Notes under the pieces: model-generated
What the model saw: only the letters and a program-made list of their open reading frames with translations
Told to the model about the DNA's origin: nothing
Databases searched by the model: none
Part shown: piece after piece, positions 1-9,854 of the stretch
How the letters are laid out: every line of letters starts with the position of its first letter
How positions within the stretch are numbered: the stretch's first letter is position 1
Source: a virus
IMG/VR virus record: IMGVR_UViG_3300012971_000018
Coordinates: 1-64,000 of that record
Reading direction: 5' to 3' (one strand)
Length of the DNA: 64,000 nt
Translations under genes and position numbers: made by a program

Positions 1-2
1 AC

Positions 3-734
3 GAGATTGTCCGGCTCTATTGGCAGCACAAGGTCCGGACGTTCAAGATCGTGGACGAGATGTTTGTCCTTAACGAGAAGCACTACACCGCGATCTGCAA
101 CGGTCTAATCGCCTCCGGGATTGCCAGCGAGCTAAACATTTGGGCCTACGCGCGGGTCGATACGGTTAAGCCCAATACGCTTGCCATGTTCCGCAAGGCC
201 GGTTTCCGGTGGCTGGCGCTCGGGATCGAGAGCGGGTCGAAGCACGTCCGCGACGGTGCCGACAAGGCGTTTAGGAACGACGACATTATCGGGGTCGTGC
301 GCGCGATCCAGGGCGCCGGCATTAACGTAATCGGCAACTACATCTTCGGGCTCCCGGACGATACCCTTGCGACCATGCAGGAGACCCTTACGCTGGCGGT
401 CGCGGCGCAAACCGAGTTCGCCAACTTCTACTGTGCGATGGCGTACCCGGGGTCCCGGCTCTACACGGATGCCGTGGGGTCCGGTCGGGTAGACCTCCTG
501 CCGAAGACCTGGGCGGGGTACTCGCAGCACAATGCCGAATGCACCCCGCTGGCGACCGAGACGCTAAGTGCTGCCGAGGTGCTCGCCTTCCGCGACGCGG
601 CCTTTACGGCCTACTTCCAGCAGGAGGGCTACCGCATAACGATCCGGCGGAGGTTCGGGCAGGAGACGCTCGACCATGTCGACAAGATGACCACCTACCG
701 GCTCCCGCGGAAGCTCCTACAGAATGCCGTGTAA
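3..734 (+). CDS. Cobalamin-binding (class B-like) radical SAM protein, 5'-truncated by window edge
   Basis: Frame open from base 3; FKIVDEMF, ARVD, LGIESGS, YIFGLPDDT and AYPGS.LY motifs typical of the C-terminal barrel of B12-dependent radical SAM enzymes; CxxxCxxC lies outside the window. Confidence 0.8.
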   Translation, partial: EIVRLYWQHKVRTFKIVDEMFVLNEKHYTAICNGLIASGIASELNIWAYARVDTVKPNTLAMFRKAGFRWLALGIESGSKHVRDGADKAFRNDDIIGVVRAIQGAGINVIGNYIFGLPDDTLATMQETLTLAVAAQTEFANFYCAMAYPGSRLYTDAVGSGRVDLLPKTWAGYSQHNAECTPLATETLSAAEVLAFRDAAFTAYFQQEGYRITIRRRFGQETLDHVDKMTTYRLPRKLLQNAV

Positions 735-897
735 CCATCTCTACGCCCAATACCCGGTCGACCCACGGACCGGTAAGCGCCTCGACAGCAGGGGCATGGC
801 CATGTTCGGAGTGTATTTCAATCTCCGTAGCTTCTGCATGAAATGCGGGGAGCCAAAACCGGAACCACCCGGACCGTCGGTCGAAGACCAACCATGA
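724..897 (+). CDS. Small putative zinc-binding protein (57 aa)
   Basis: Read manually: MPCNH...FCMKCGE; stop overlaps next ATG (ATGA). Confidence 0.5.
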   Translation: MPCNHLYAQYPVDPRTGKRLDSRGMAMFGVYFNLRSFCMKCGEPKPEPPGPSVEDQP

Positions 898-1973
898 CTT
901 ATCTTCCATCCGAATTCTCGGTCGGCAATTTTAACAAGATGACGTACGTCTGTTGGTTCCGGATACCCACGTCCTATGTAGCTCCGCCGCAGAACCCGGC
1001 TACTTTCTACGATCCACCGTTTGTCTATCCTTGTCTGCTAAGCTGGGGCGAGCAGAGCGCGCTGCATTTTATTGGGAATGACGCTGGCGATAACGAGGTA
1101 TTTGCCAGCGACACCATCCGGAGCTGCATCGCGTTTACTTCGGCTTTGAATAATCTTGGCGTGTGGTTCGTTACGACCGACATGGGGCCGAACGTCCATA
1201 CGGATACGATAGAGACGCTTCCGGCGACCGTCGCTGGTTCTGCTCCGCCGATTGGCGGCCCTGGACCGTTTGGTGGCAACAAGGACTGCGCAAACGGCGG
1301 AATAGGAGCCAGCATAGCTCCGGCGATTACGTTAGGCGAATGGAACGTGTTGTTCATATCGGCGGATTTATCCGCGGCAGACGCCGATCCAAATCCGATT
1401 AACAACCAGTACACCGGAAATAAGGTCATAAAGTTTGTATTCAACGGAGTTAACCACGGCCCCCTTGGTTATGCTGGCCAGTGTTACCTGCCTTTTACCG
1501 GTGGCGGCTTTGGCAATCCGCTGTGCAACCACAATGGCAATGTGGTTGGCGGTGTTATCGGCGTGCCGGATACGGTTACGAGCGTGGACGGCAACTACGT
1601 GCCACAGGCGTCGTCCCAGTTGGGATTAAGCGATGGGCAGTCGGCTCCGAACATTAACATTTCGGGAGTGCCGCAGCCGGAGATCGAGCTGGCTCTGGTA
1701 CAGGTCTGGTTTGGCCAAGCCATCGATCCGACAGTTGGGAACCTAACCAATTTCTGGCGCATCGACAGCACGGTAAGCCCACCGAAAATCTACCCTGTGG
1801 GTGGGGTCGTGGCGGCCAAGGCTTTTGGGACCCCGGACATCTGGCTGGAGCGGGACAACGTAAGTGGTGTGTTCTTCGAAGAGAACCAAGGGACCGCCGG
1901 GAATTTTACGGTTGTTGGGACCGCTCCGCCGGACTACACCCCGGGACCGGAAGAAGGCATCGAGGTCGATTAG
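894..1973 (+). CDS. Virion-associated beta-sandwich (LamG/ConA-like) protein, paralog 1
   Basis: T..CWF, GEWN.LFIS and QVWFG pattern; C-terminus similar to 3343-4413; ATG at 894 in ATGA overlap. Confidence 0.5.
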   Translation: MTYLPSEFSVGNFNKMTYVCWFRIPTSYVAPPQNPATFYDPPFVYPCLLSWGEQSALHFIGNDAGDNEVFASDTIRSCIAFTSALNNLGVWFVTTDMGPNVHTDTIETLPATVAGSAPPIGGPGPFGGNKDCANGGIGASIAPAITLGEWNVLFISADLSAADADPNPINNQYTGNKVIKFVFNGVNHGPLGYAGQCYLPFTGGGFGNPLCNHNGNVVGGVIGVPDTVTSVDGNYVPQASSQLGLSDGQSAPNINISGVPQPEIELALVQVWFGQAIDPTVGNLTNFWRIDSTVSPPKIYPVGGVVAAKAFGTPDIWLERDNVSGVFFEENQGTAGNFTVVGTAPPDYTPGPEEGIEVD

Positions 1974-2360
1974 ATGAATCTAAACCAGATAGCGAATGGG
2001 GTAATAACGGCGGTCTCGCCGAACATCCAGATATCGGTGCAGGTTAACACCAGCAACGCGATCTCCCCCGACGGGACCCGTGTGCCGTCCTACGCGCTGC
2101 CGGTCCAGGTCCCCGGGCAGGTCCAGCCGCTAAGCTTCCGCGACATTACGCAGGCTGACTCGATGAACCTCCAGGGGACGCGCAAGGCGATTTACATTAA
2201 CGGCTTCGTCGACGGATTGTCGCGCCCATTCAATAAGGGCGGCGATCTAATAACGGTGCTCGAAGGGCCGGATGCCGGTCTCTACCTCGTCGCGCAGATC
2301 GAGGAGACGTGGATTAACGGGTGGTGCAAGGCGCTCTGCACTTTGCAGAACAACAGCTAA
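1974..2360 (+). CDS. Neck / head-closure protein
   Basis: 128 aa, QVQPLS...GGDLI...W pattern; position upstream of tail terminator and sheath. Confidence 0.6.
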   Translation: MNLNQIANGVITAVSPNIQISVQVNTSNAISPDGTRVPSYALPVQVPGQVQPLSFRDITQADSMNLQGTRKAIYINGFVDGLSRPFNKGGDLITVLEGPDAGLYLVAQIEETWINGWCKALCTLQNNS

Positions 2361-2533
2361 TGTGGGACATCGTCGCAGGCGAGCAGGGTCTGCACGTCGT
2401 GCCAAGGGCAGATTGGCGCGAGCACGAGGCGTCCCCTGCCTGCTTCTGCCGGCCTACGAACGACGAAGGAGTGTGGGCGCACAACTCCGTGGACCGCCGC
2501 GAGCTTATGGAGTGTGGTGGGAAGCCAAGCTAG
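2360..2533 (+). CDS. Small His/Cys phage hypothetical protein
   Basis: HVVP..D.REH...C.C.P...HNS.D.RE; abuts both neighbours. Confidence 0.55.
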   Translation: MWDIVAGEQGLHVVPRADWREHEASPACFCRPTNDEGVWAHNSVDRRELMECGGKPS

Positions 2534-3346
2534 ATGTCCGCTATTATCCCGGTCCCGGCACAAACCGACGTAAACACCGCGTTGCGAGCCTTCCTGCTGG
2601 CGATTATGCCGGCCGGGATGGCGATCGTACGCGGGCAGGTTAACCGCGTCCCCGAGCCTAACGGCCAGGACTTTATCGTCTTCTGGCCGCTCCACGCCAA
2701 CCGCCTAACGACCAACATCGACCACAGCCAGGACACGGTCTTTACCGCATCGATTACGGGAACGGTAATGACCGTTACGGCCATGCAGGCCGGCTCCATC
2801 GTTCCCCCGGTCCAGCTCTTCGGCGTCGGGCTCTCCGGCGGCACGGCAACGTTCGTAACGGCGCAGCTTACCGGCTCGGTCGGTGCGGTCGGGACCTACA
2901 CCGTAACCCCGAGCCAGACCGTCGGCTCGTCGACGATCTCGGCCGGGACGACGACCGTTACGCAGGAGACCGAGATCGTAATGCAGCTCGACGTCCATGG
3001 GCCTAGCTCGTGGAACAACGCGCAGGTTATCTCGACGCTCTTCCGCGATGCCTATGCGGTCGATTTCTTTAATGCGTCGTACCCGACGATAACGCCGCTC
3101 TATGCCGACGATCCGCGCCAGTCCCCGTTCGTAAATGCGGAGCAGCAGTACGAGGACCGCTGGATAATCGAGGCCCGCCTCCAAGCGAACCAGACCGTTC
3201 CGATCCCGCAGCAGTATGCCGGTGTTGTCGACATCGTTCTGGCGAGCGTCGAGGTCGGCGTTCCCATTTACATCTCGACCGAAGGCGGCGACAACTTCGT
3301 TATGGAAGACGGTCTAACGCTAATAGTTACGGAGGGAAGTCCGTGA
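2534..3346 (+). CDS. Tail terminator / neck protein with inserted beta module
   Basis: RGQVNRVPEP, QLDVHG and EQQYEDRW motifs; position before sheath. Confidence 0.65.
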   Translation: MSAIIPVPAQTDVNTALRAFLLAIMPAGMAIVRGQVNRVPEPNGQDFIVFWPLHANRLTTNIDHSQDTVFTASITGTVMTVTAMQAGSIVPPVQLFGVGLSGGTATFVTAQLTGSVGAVGTYTVTPSQTVGSSTISAGTTTVTQETEIVMQLDVHGPSSWNNAQVISTLFRDAYAVDFFNASYPTITPLYADDPRQSPFVNAEQQYEDRWIIEARLQANQTVPIPQQYAGVVDIVLASVEVGVPIYISTEGGDNFVMEDGLTLIVTEGSP

Positions 3347-4413
3347 CTATACTGCACAAGCCGATAGCTGGTGGCAACAAGATCACGATAGCGACGTGGT
3401 TTAAGGTGCTAAACCCGATCGATCTAACTAAAGGGTGCGGAATTAGCCCTCCAGAGTGGCGCGGAGCTGGGCCGCCGCCGCCCTATCTAAACAGCAACGG
3501 TGCGGTTTCGTTGTTCGAATGGGGGTACGACCAGCGCAGCGACGGCTTTCCCCCCGGCGACGAGCTGGTCCAGTGTGCCAGCCACGTTTATGCACTGGCC
3601 AGTGGCGCCATAGGCATTGGCATCTTTGGTCCGTTCTATCCACTAATAGGAGAATTTCCGTTTCGACAGATTGAGGGGAACTGGGCTGGAGATTGGAATT
3701 ACGCATCCCAAACGCTTACGACGGTCGTCGGTTGGGGGTTAGGACAATGGAACCAATTGCTGGTTTCGTACGATGGAAGCGTAGCCGATAGTTGGTCTTC
3801 TAACTGTCCATTCAATGGATTGCCGCAAACGCTTACACAAGGCTCTAAGATATGGGCGGTCGTTAACGGGGGGTTCGATACTGCTACGACCTATACCCAT
3901 TTTTTCCCGGGAGGTCCTGGCTGTCCCGACCCAACATTCGTTCCATCGTTGCCAAATGGCCTTGGAGGCCAGTACGGCAGTTACGACAATCTCCTGGACA
4001 CGGGTGGCGGATCGTTCGCAGCCAACTTTGGCCCGACGGTGCCGTGCGCTTTTATGGCCGGCGACTTCGGAATGCCATGCCTTTCGCTACAAGAGGGTAA
4101 CGACAGTTATAATTACCAAGACCTTGCGTTTGGGGCTGCTACGCAGGTTTGGGTAGGAACATACGTCGATCCGTCGCCAGCCAATTTTGCCAAGTTCTAC
4201 CGCACCGACCCCGATACGGGATTAATCTTCCCGATCGACGCAGGACAGGCGGCGGCTGCGGAATTTGGCGAACCGGATATTTGGCTACTGCGCGACAACG
4301 TTAGCGGCGTGTTGTTTAACGACCAAAACCTGGGATCGGCTGGCAATCTTAACGAGATCGGAACGATTAAGGACTTCGGTCCCGGACCCGAAATAGAAGG
4401 TGCTGCACCGTAA
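3343..4413 (+). CDS. Virion-associated beta-sandwich (LamG/ConA-like) protein, paralog 2
   Basis: TIATWFK, GQWNQLLVSYD, QVWVG; shares PDIWL.RDNVSGV C-terminus with 894-1973. Confidence 0.5.
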   Translation: MTILHKPIAGGNKITIATWFKVLNPIDLTKGCGISPPEWRGAGPPPPYLNSNGAVSLFEWGYDQRSDGFPPGDELVQCASHVYALASGAIGIGIFGPFYPLIGEFPFRQIEGNWAGDWNYASQTLTTVVGWGLGQWNQLLVSYDGSVADSWSSNCPFNGLPQTLTQGSKIWAVVNGGFDTATTYTHFFPGGPGCPDPTFVPSLPNGLGGQYGSYDNLLDTGGGSFAANFGPTVPCAFMAGDFGMPCLSLQEGNDSYNYQDLAFGAATQVWVGTYVDPSPANFAKFYRTDPDTGLIFPIDAGQAAAAEFGEPDIWLLRDNVSGVLFNDQNLGSAGNLNEIGTIKDFGPGPEIEGAAP

Positions 4414-4425
4414 CGGGAGCACGAT

Positions 4426-4704
4426 GTGCCATTAGAACCGATCGAGAAATTCTCGGGCTTTACTCCGGCTACGCTGCCGCTGTCCGGCGGCGAGCTGGTC
4501 CCGCTCTTGCAGAACGGGGTAAACGTTGTCGCGCCGATTAACCAGATTATAATCCTCGCGAGCTTCTCGAAGAATGCACTGCCGGTGGCGACCCCGGCCG
4601 GGCAGCTTATCTACGTAAACGACGCGACCGGCGGCGCGGTGCCAGCCTTCTCCGACAATTTCGGCGCATGGCGCCGCGTAACGGATCGCTCCATTGTCAA
4701 CTAA
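4426..4704 (+). CDS. Small virion fibre/decoration protein
   Basis: KFS..PATLPL.G.E N-motif and GQLIYV.DA.GG..PAF...W C-motif. Confidence 0.5.
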   Translation: MPLEPIEKFSGFTPATLPLSGGELVPLLQNGVNVVAPINQIIILASFSKNALPVATPAGQLIYVNDATGGAVPAFSDNFGAWRRVTDRSIVN

Positions 4705-5719
4705 ATTTTCCTCCCTTCCCCCCGCTACGCTGCCGCTTACCGGTAACGAGCAGTTGCCGATAGTAACCGGCGGGCAGAACCTGCGCGTTCCCGTTGCCGG
4801 TGCCCAGGTACTGCTCGGGCTTGGCGACCTCCCGACGAATGCGACAGTAGGGCAGCTAGCCTACGTCGCCGACGCGGCCGGCGGGCCGGTCCCGGTCTTC
4901 TGGAACGGCTCGGCATGGACACCTACGACCGGCAGTGGCGGTGGACCTAGCCCGGGTCCGCCACCGAAGCCGATGGGTCCGGGCATCTGGATACTTGCCA
5001 TTGGTCCTTGTGTACCGGGAAGTAATGCGGCGGCGGCGCATCTTGATAGACAGGGTTTTATATTCACGTCGGACGATGGTTTTAACTGGAGTAGACCAGT
5101 TACAGTTCCTCTTATTCGTGGGGGTATAAGTGGGAGTGCTTATGCCAATGGCTGCTTCCTGGTTTACGGCCAAACCCAGGTACCGGATGTACCGGGTATA
5201 CATTCGGCAATTGTCGCTACGACTTCCGATCCTCGTGTTTTCGATCTGACGGTAGCTAATCCTTGGGAGACTGGACAACCGTCTGGTTGGGATGTTGCGG
5301 TAGAGGGCTCGATTGCCCTGCCACCTACGAGCTACGACAACAATACCAACGAATTTAGCATGAACATAATTGGGGTTGGCCCCGTTACAATATTTAACCC
5401 GATAATAAGCGCGGTAACACCTACCGGCAATTGGCCGATAATAGGACAGCGGTCTCTCGGTGGGTTTCCTGTGTTGGGGATGGGTACCAAAGGGCTGGTG
5501 GAGGTGCGTCTAAACTCCCTTTTTGTGTCCGGTACTTCCTACCCAACCGATTTTGCCGAGGTTAGACCGTACGGCAGCAGCAACAGGAGTTGGCAAGCGG
5601 TTATTAGTCCCGACAATATTCTGCTTGCACCAACGTTCGCTGCCGGTCTTTTCCTTACTAGCTTGCTTTGGGGACCGGTAAAAGTCTCGGCGTCGCAGTT
5701 CCTTAAAGGCAGTAACTAG
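4694..5719 (+). CDS. Fibre/decoration protein, paralog of 4426-4704 with C-terminal extension
   Basis: Same two motifs in first ~78 aa, Gly/Pro linker, Asp-box-like FTSDDGFNW; TTG start. Confidence 0.5.
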   Translation: MSTKFSSLPPATLPLTGNEQLPIVTGGQNLRVPVAGAQVLLGLGDLPTNATVGQLAYVADAAGGPVPVFWNGSAWTPTTGSGGGPSPGPPPKPMGPGIWILAIGPCVPGSNAAAAHLDRQGFIFTSDDGFNWSRPVTVPLIRGGISGSAYANGCFLVYGQTQVPDVPGIHSAIVATTSDPRVFDLTVANPWETGQPSGWDVAVEGSIALPPTSYDNNTNEFSMNIIGVGPVTIFNPIISAVTPTGNWPIIGQRSLGGFPVLGMGTKGLVEVRLNSLFVSGTSYPTDFAEVRPYGSSNRSWQAVISPDNILLAPTFAAGLFLTSLLWGPVKVSASQFLKGSN

Positions 5720-5753
5720 CAGCTTCCCCTATCCTACAGCTAGGTGAGAAACC

Positions 5754-7481
5754 ATGACGACCATTCCGGCTTCTGCTATCGTCGACGTTACGCCTAGTGT
5801 GCTCGCGGCGGGCGGCGACGCTCTCGACCTCGTTGGTCTGCTCCTAACGACCTCCACACGCGTCCCGATCGGGACTGTGGAGAGCTTCGCCAATGCAGCC
5901 GCGGTTAGCTCCTTCTTCGGGCCGACTTCGGACGAGTTTAACATCGCGACGGAGTACTTTAACGGGTTCGACAACTCGTTGTCCAAGCCCGGGTCGGTCC
6001 TGTTCGCGCAGTACCCGACCACTGCGGTCTCGGCCTATCTGCAAGGCGGGAACATATCCGGGCTGTCGCTAACCCAGCTCCAGGCGCTCTCGGGGCAGTT
6101 AGGCGTTGTTATCGACGGGGTGCAAAAGACCGCCTCGATCTCGCTCGCCGCTGCGACCAGCTTCTCGAACGCCGCGTCCATTATCGGGCAGGCGCTTGGG
6201 ATAACCGGTACGCTGGCCGGCTCGGGGGTCGGCTCGATTGCCGGTGGGACGATGACGGTGTCGTCGCTGGGGTCGGGAACGGTTGGGGCCACCGACGTCG
6301 TCTCCGGCACGGGCGTTACCGCCAACACCTACGTTACCGGCCAGCTTAGTGGCACGGTCGGCGGGGTGGGTACCTACGGCGTAACACCAACGCAGAACGC
6401 CCTAAGCGAGCCGCTTAACTTCTTTAACCCGGCCGTGGTCTACGACAGTATTTCCGGCGGGTTTATAATCCGCTCGGGTACGACCGGAGCCAGCTCGACG
6501 ATAACGTTTGGGTCCGGACCGTTGGCGACCTCGCTGTCGCTAACGCAGACGCTCGGGGCGGTTACGTCGCAAGGGGCGATAGCGGCGACGCCGATAGCGT
6601 TTATGACCGCGCTTACCCAGATTACCCAGAACTGGGCCACGTTTATGACCCTCTTCAATCCGGACGCTGCCGGATTTGCCAACAAGCTCCTGTTCGCGCA
6701 GTGGACCAATTCGACGAACCAGCGCTACATGTACGTCGTGTGGGACCTCGACCTTTCGCCGTCGGTCTCCAATCCGGCCAGCGCCAGCTTCGGGCAGGCG
6801 ATTATCGCGGCGAACTACTCGGGGACCTGCCCAGTCGGACAGGACGGGACCGGCGGCTCGCCACGGGATATCTGTGCCTTCGTCTGTGGTGCGGTGGCCT
6901 CGATCGACTTCGCTGCGGTTAACGGGCGGACCACGCTCGCGTTCCGCTCGCAGACCGGACTGCTGGCGACCGTTACGTCGCAGACCGCGGCGAACAATCT
7001 CGACGCCAACGGCTACAACTACTACGGCGCGTTCGCGACCGCCAACGAGCAATTCGTGTTCTTCTATCCGGGCTCGGTCTCCGGACCGTTCCTGTGGATC
7101 GACAGCTACATTAACCAAATCTGGCTAAACAACAACTTTCAGCTAGCGTTAATGAACCTGCTTACGACGGCGTTCTCGATCCCCTACAACGCTGCGGGCA
7201 AGACCCAGATTACCGCGGCGCTCGCCGATCCGATTAACGCCGGGCTTTTGTTCGGTGCCTTCCGCGCCGGCATAACCCTCTCGGCCGCGCAGAAGTCCGC
7301 GGTTAATGCCTCGGCCGGGCTCGACATCGCCAACACGCTCCAGAACGTCGGTTGGTACCTCTCGGTTGGCGACGCTACGCCGCAAGTCCGGGCGGCCCGC
7401 GGGTCGCCCCCGTGCACGTTCTGGTACGTCGACGGACAGTCCATCCAGCAGATCGATCTCGCCAGCATTGAGGTGCAATAA
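5754..7481 (+). CDS. Contractile tail sheath protein (DUF3383 type)
   Basis: IPAS.IV.V.P.VL.AGG start, YF.GFDN, NWATF, WIDSYINQIW, IPYN..G, R.ARGSP. Confidence 0.9.
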   Translation: MTTIPASAIVDVTPSVLAAGGDALDLVGLLLTTSTRVPIGTVESFANAAAVSSFFGPTSDEFNIATEYFNGFDNSLSKPGSVLFAQYPTTAVSAYLQGGNISGLSLTQLQALSGQLGVVIDGVQKTASISLAAATSFSNAASIIGQALGITGTLAGSGVGSIAGGTMTVSSLGSGTVGATDVVSGTGVTANTYVTGQLSGTVGGVGTYGVTPTQNALSEPLNFFNPAVVYDSISGGFIIRSGTTGASSTITFGSGPLATSLSLTQTLGAVTSQGAIAATPIAFMTALTQITQNWATFMTLFNPDAAGFANKLLFAQWTNSTNQRYMYVVWDLDLSPSVSNPASASFGQAIIAANYSGTCPVGQDGTGGSPRDICAFVCGAVASIDFAAVNGRTTLAFRSQTGLLATVTSQTAANNLDANGYNYYGAFATANEQFVFFYPGSVSGPFLWIDSYINQIWLNNNFQLALMNLLTTAFSIPYNAAGKTQITAALADPINAGLLFGAFRAGITLSAAQKSAVNASAGLDIANTLQNVGWYLSVGDATPQVRAARGSPPCTFWYVDGQSIQQIDLASIEVQ

Positions 7482-7912
7482 TGGCCTCCATCACCGGCGC
7501 CAACGCCGTTATAATGATTACTGTTACGGGGTTGTTTCCAATCCCGCAGCAGCTCCAGGGCTTTGCGGCGGACGATGTCTTCGACACCGATCCGCTGGAA
7601 AGCGCCGAAGTGCTAATGGGGGTGGACCGCAAGCTGTCGGGCGGCTTCGTCGCCGTGCCGGTGCGGCAGAACTACCACCTCCAGGCGGACAGCGTGTCCA
7701 TCGACATCTTCGACCAATGGTGGGCTGTGCAACAGCAGTTCGGCGAGGTCTTTACCGCCAACGGTATCGTCCTTATGCCGGCGGTGTCGAAGAAGTGGAC
7801 CATGACGAAGGGCTTCCTTACCGCGTACAAGCCGATCCCCTCTACCAAGAAGCTCTTGCAGCCGCAGACTTTCGCGATAACCTGGGAGAGCATCCAACCC
7901 GCCGTCGTCTAG
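7481..7912 (+). CDS. Tail tube protein
   Basis: 143 aa directly after sheath; QGFAADD, MGVD..LSGG, LQADS.S. Confidence 0.8.
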   Translation: MASITGANAVIMITVTGLFPIPQQLQGFAADDVFDTDPLESAEVLMGVDRKLSGGFVAVPVRQNYHLQADSVSIDIFDQWWAVQQQFGEVFTANGIVLMPAVSKKWTMTKGFLTAYKPIPSTKKLLQPQTFAITWESIQPAVV

Positions 7913-7922
7913 GGAGATATGA

Positions 7923-8417
7923 GTGCGTAAAACGAAGACCGTAGTTATCGGGCCGGACGGAGGTCGCGACGCCGGCAAGGTGTTCCTGCTAACCGAGATG
8001 CCCGCCCGCCAGGCCGAGAGGTGGGCGCAGCACGCGCTCCTCCTGGTCGCCAGCTCGGGGGCCGATGTCGGAAATGTCCGCGGGGGGATGGCAGGCGTTG
8101 CCGTAATGGGCATCCAGGCGCTAATGGGCGGCGCCGTAAAGTTCGCGGAGGTCGAGCCACTGCTCGACGAGATGATGCGGTGCGTGCAGATCGTCCCGGA
8201 CCCGCGCAACACGTCGGTTATCCGCCCGCTAAACGATCGCGGTGTCGAAGGCGACGACATCGAAGAAGTAATGACCCGGGTAAAGCTGCGCGCGGAGGTA
8301 CTCGATCTCCACTTGGGTTTTTCGCTCGCCGACGCCCTCTCGACCTTGGCCGCGTCGGCATCGCAGCCCACGGACTTGCCGACTACGTTAACGTCCCCGA
8401 CACCATCGGCGTCGTAA
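7923..8417 (+). CDS. Tail assembly chaperone (short form)
   Basis: GRDAGK.F.LTEMPA, DIEEV.T...LR; between tube and tape measure. Confidence 0.75.
   Translation: MRKTKTVVIGPDGGRDAGKVFLLTEMPARQAERWAQHALLLVASSGADVGNVRGGMAGVAVMGIQALMGGAVKFAEVEPLLDEMMRCVQIVPDPRNTSVIRPLNDRGVEGDDIEEVMTRVKLRAEVLDLHLGFSLADALSTLAASASQPTDLPTTLTSPTPSAS
8315..8321 (+). other. Programmed -1 frameshift site GGGTTTT; extended chaperone ends at 8545
   Basis: In-frame G GGT TTT slippery heptamer; -1 frame continues ...LATMAELDSVLSVEDVYDLLEV..VDAHN to TAG at 8545, just before tape measure. Confidence 0.8.
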
Positions 8418-8549
8418 TATCGCTTCGGTTAGCTACGATGGCCGAACTCGACTCGGTGCTTTCGGTCGAGGATGTCTACGACTTGTTGGAGGTGTCCGAG
8501 GTGGATGCACACAATCGCCGCATACTAAGTAAGCGTGCGGAGTAGTCTT

Positions 8550-9854
8550 GTGGCTACCGTCGTCGACGAACTCGTTATAACGCTTGGCCTCGACCCGACC
8601 AAGTTTACGGCGGGCCAGCGCCGGGCGTTGGAAGAATTTAAGAAGACCCAGGAAGAGGCGTCGAAGCGGGCATCCCGGTTCGAGGAAGCTGCTCGACGCT
8701 CCCAGCTTGTATTTTCTCGAATACGCAACGAGGCAGTTGGCTTGTTTGGCGTGCTGGCCGGCGCTTATGGCATAAAGCAATTTATCGGCAACATGGTCCA
8801 GTCCGACGCAGCAGTGGGTCGGTTTTCGCGTATTACGGGGATTGCGGTTAGGGACGTTTCCGCTTTCGACAAGGCGGTCGAGCTGGCCGGCGGACGTGTG
8901 GGGGCGGGTGCCGAGGCTCTGGGCAATCTAAATTCGCAGATGGAGCAATTCAATTTAGGTACCGAACAAGGCGCGCAGTTTATGGCAAGTCTGCGCGCTC
9001 TAATGGGCCAAGGCCAATTTCAAATCCCCACTGGTCCAAATGTTACACGGGTACAGCAGATGCTTGCAATTGGAGAAAATCTAAGGAGAGTTGCCGAGCG
9101 TTTTGGCGCTGGACGCGCACTTCAATTGGGTCGGTTGTTGGGACTAAACGATGATACTATTAATCTTTTGATACAGGGACGCGAACGTATACGGGAGCTA
9201 TTCGACGAGGCTGTTAAGCTGGGAGCGGCCACAGACGCTAATGCAAAAGCTGCCGAACAGTTCTGGAATGCCTGGGCCAAGCTGTCTACCGTTATCCAGA
9301 ACCAGGCACGTCCTGCGATCGAAGGTCTTTACAATTTTATGAAGGAGAAGGGGCTCGATACCGAAGGCGGACTTATGAGCTTCCTGTTTGGTAAGCCGGA
9401 AGAGCAAAACGCCCTTACGAAGAAATTCTTGGGTGCGCTCGGTTTGGGACCGGGGCTGGCACCGGGGGAAAGTGCCTTGCCGCCGTGGATGTCGAGCTTT
9501 GTTAATTTTCTGCGGTCGGATTTTACTCCCGCCACTCTATTTGGAGGTCCTGCTGCGCGTAATCGGACTGGTACGGTTCCCTGGGAAACTCCTCCTCCAG
9601 CTTTGCCCCCAACGGGGGCGGGGGCAGGTGGTAGCATAACAGGCGGTCTTGGTTATAATATCATTGGCTTCGAGCCTAGTGCAGGCACCGCCGCATCGTC
9701 CTTCGTTCATAACCGTTCCATCGATGCCTCTATTAACATTAACAGTGTTACCGTAAGCGGAATGAACTCGACCGAGGCCGCGGATAATCTGCGCGAGGCG
9801 CTTAGCAAGTTGGCTACCGCTCGGCGTAACGCAGCACTAGCCAACAGCAACTAA
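8550..9854 (+). CDS. Tape measure protein (short, ~434 aa)
   Basis: GTG start after GGAG; ATVVDELVITLGLD, Ala/Gly helical content; position. Confidence 0.75.
   Translation: MATVVDELVITLGLDPTKFTAGQRRALEEFKKTQEEASKRASRFEEAARRSQLVFSRIRNEAVGLFGVLAGAYGIKQFIGNMVQSDAAVGRFSRITGIAVRDVSAFDKAVELAGGRVGAGAEALGNLNSQMEQFNLGTEQGAQFMASLRALMGQGQFQIPTGPNVTRVQQMLAIGENLRRVAERFGAGRALQLGRLLGLNDDTINLLIQGRERIRELFDEAVKLGAATDANAKAAEQFWNAWAKLSTVIQNQARPAIEGLYNFMKEKGLDTEGGLMSFLFGKPEEQNALTKKFLGALGLGPGLAPGESALPPWMSSFVNFLRSDFTPATLFGGPAARNRTGTVPWETPPPALPPTGAGAGGSITGGLGYNIIGFEPSAGTAASSFVHNRSIDASININSVTVSGMNSTEAADNLREALSKLATARRNAALANSN

Noticed and set aside
894-5719. Diversity-generating retroelement acting on the paralogous virion genes
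   Set aside because: No reverse transcriptase in the window and no near-identical repeat pair differing only at adenines.
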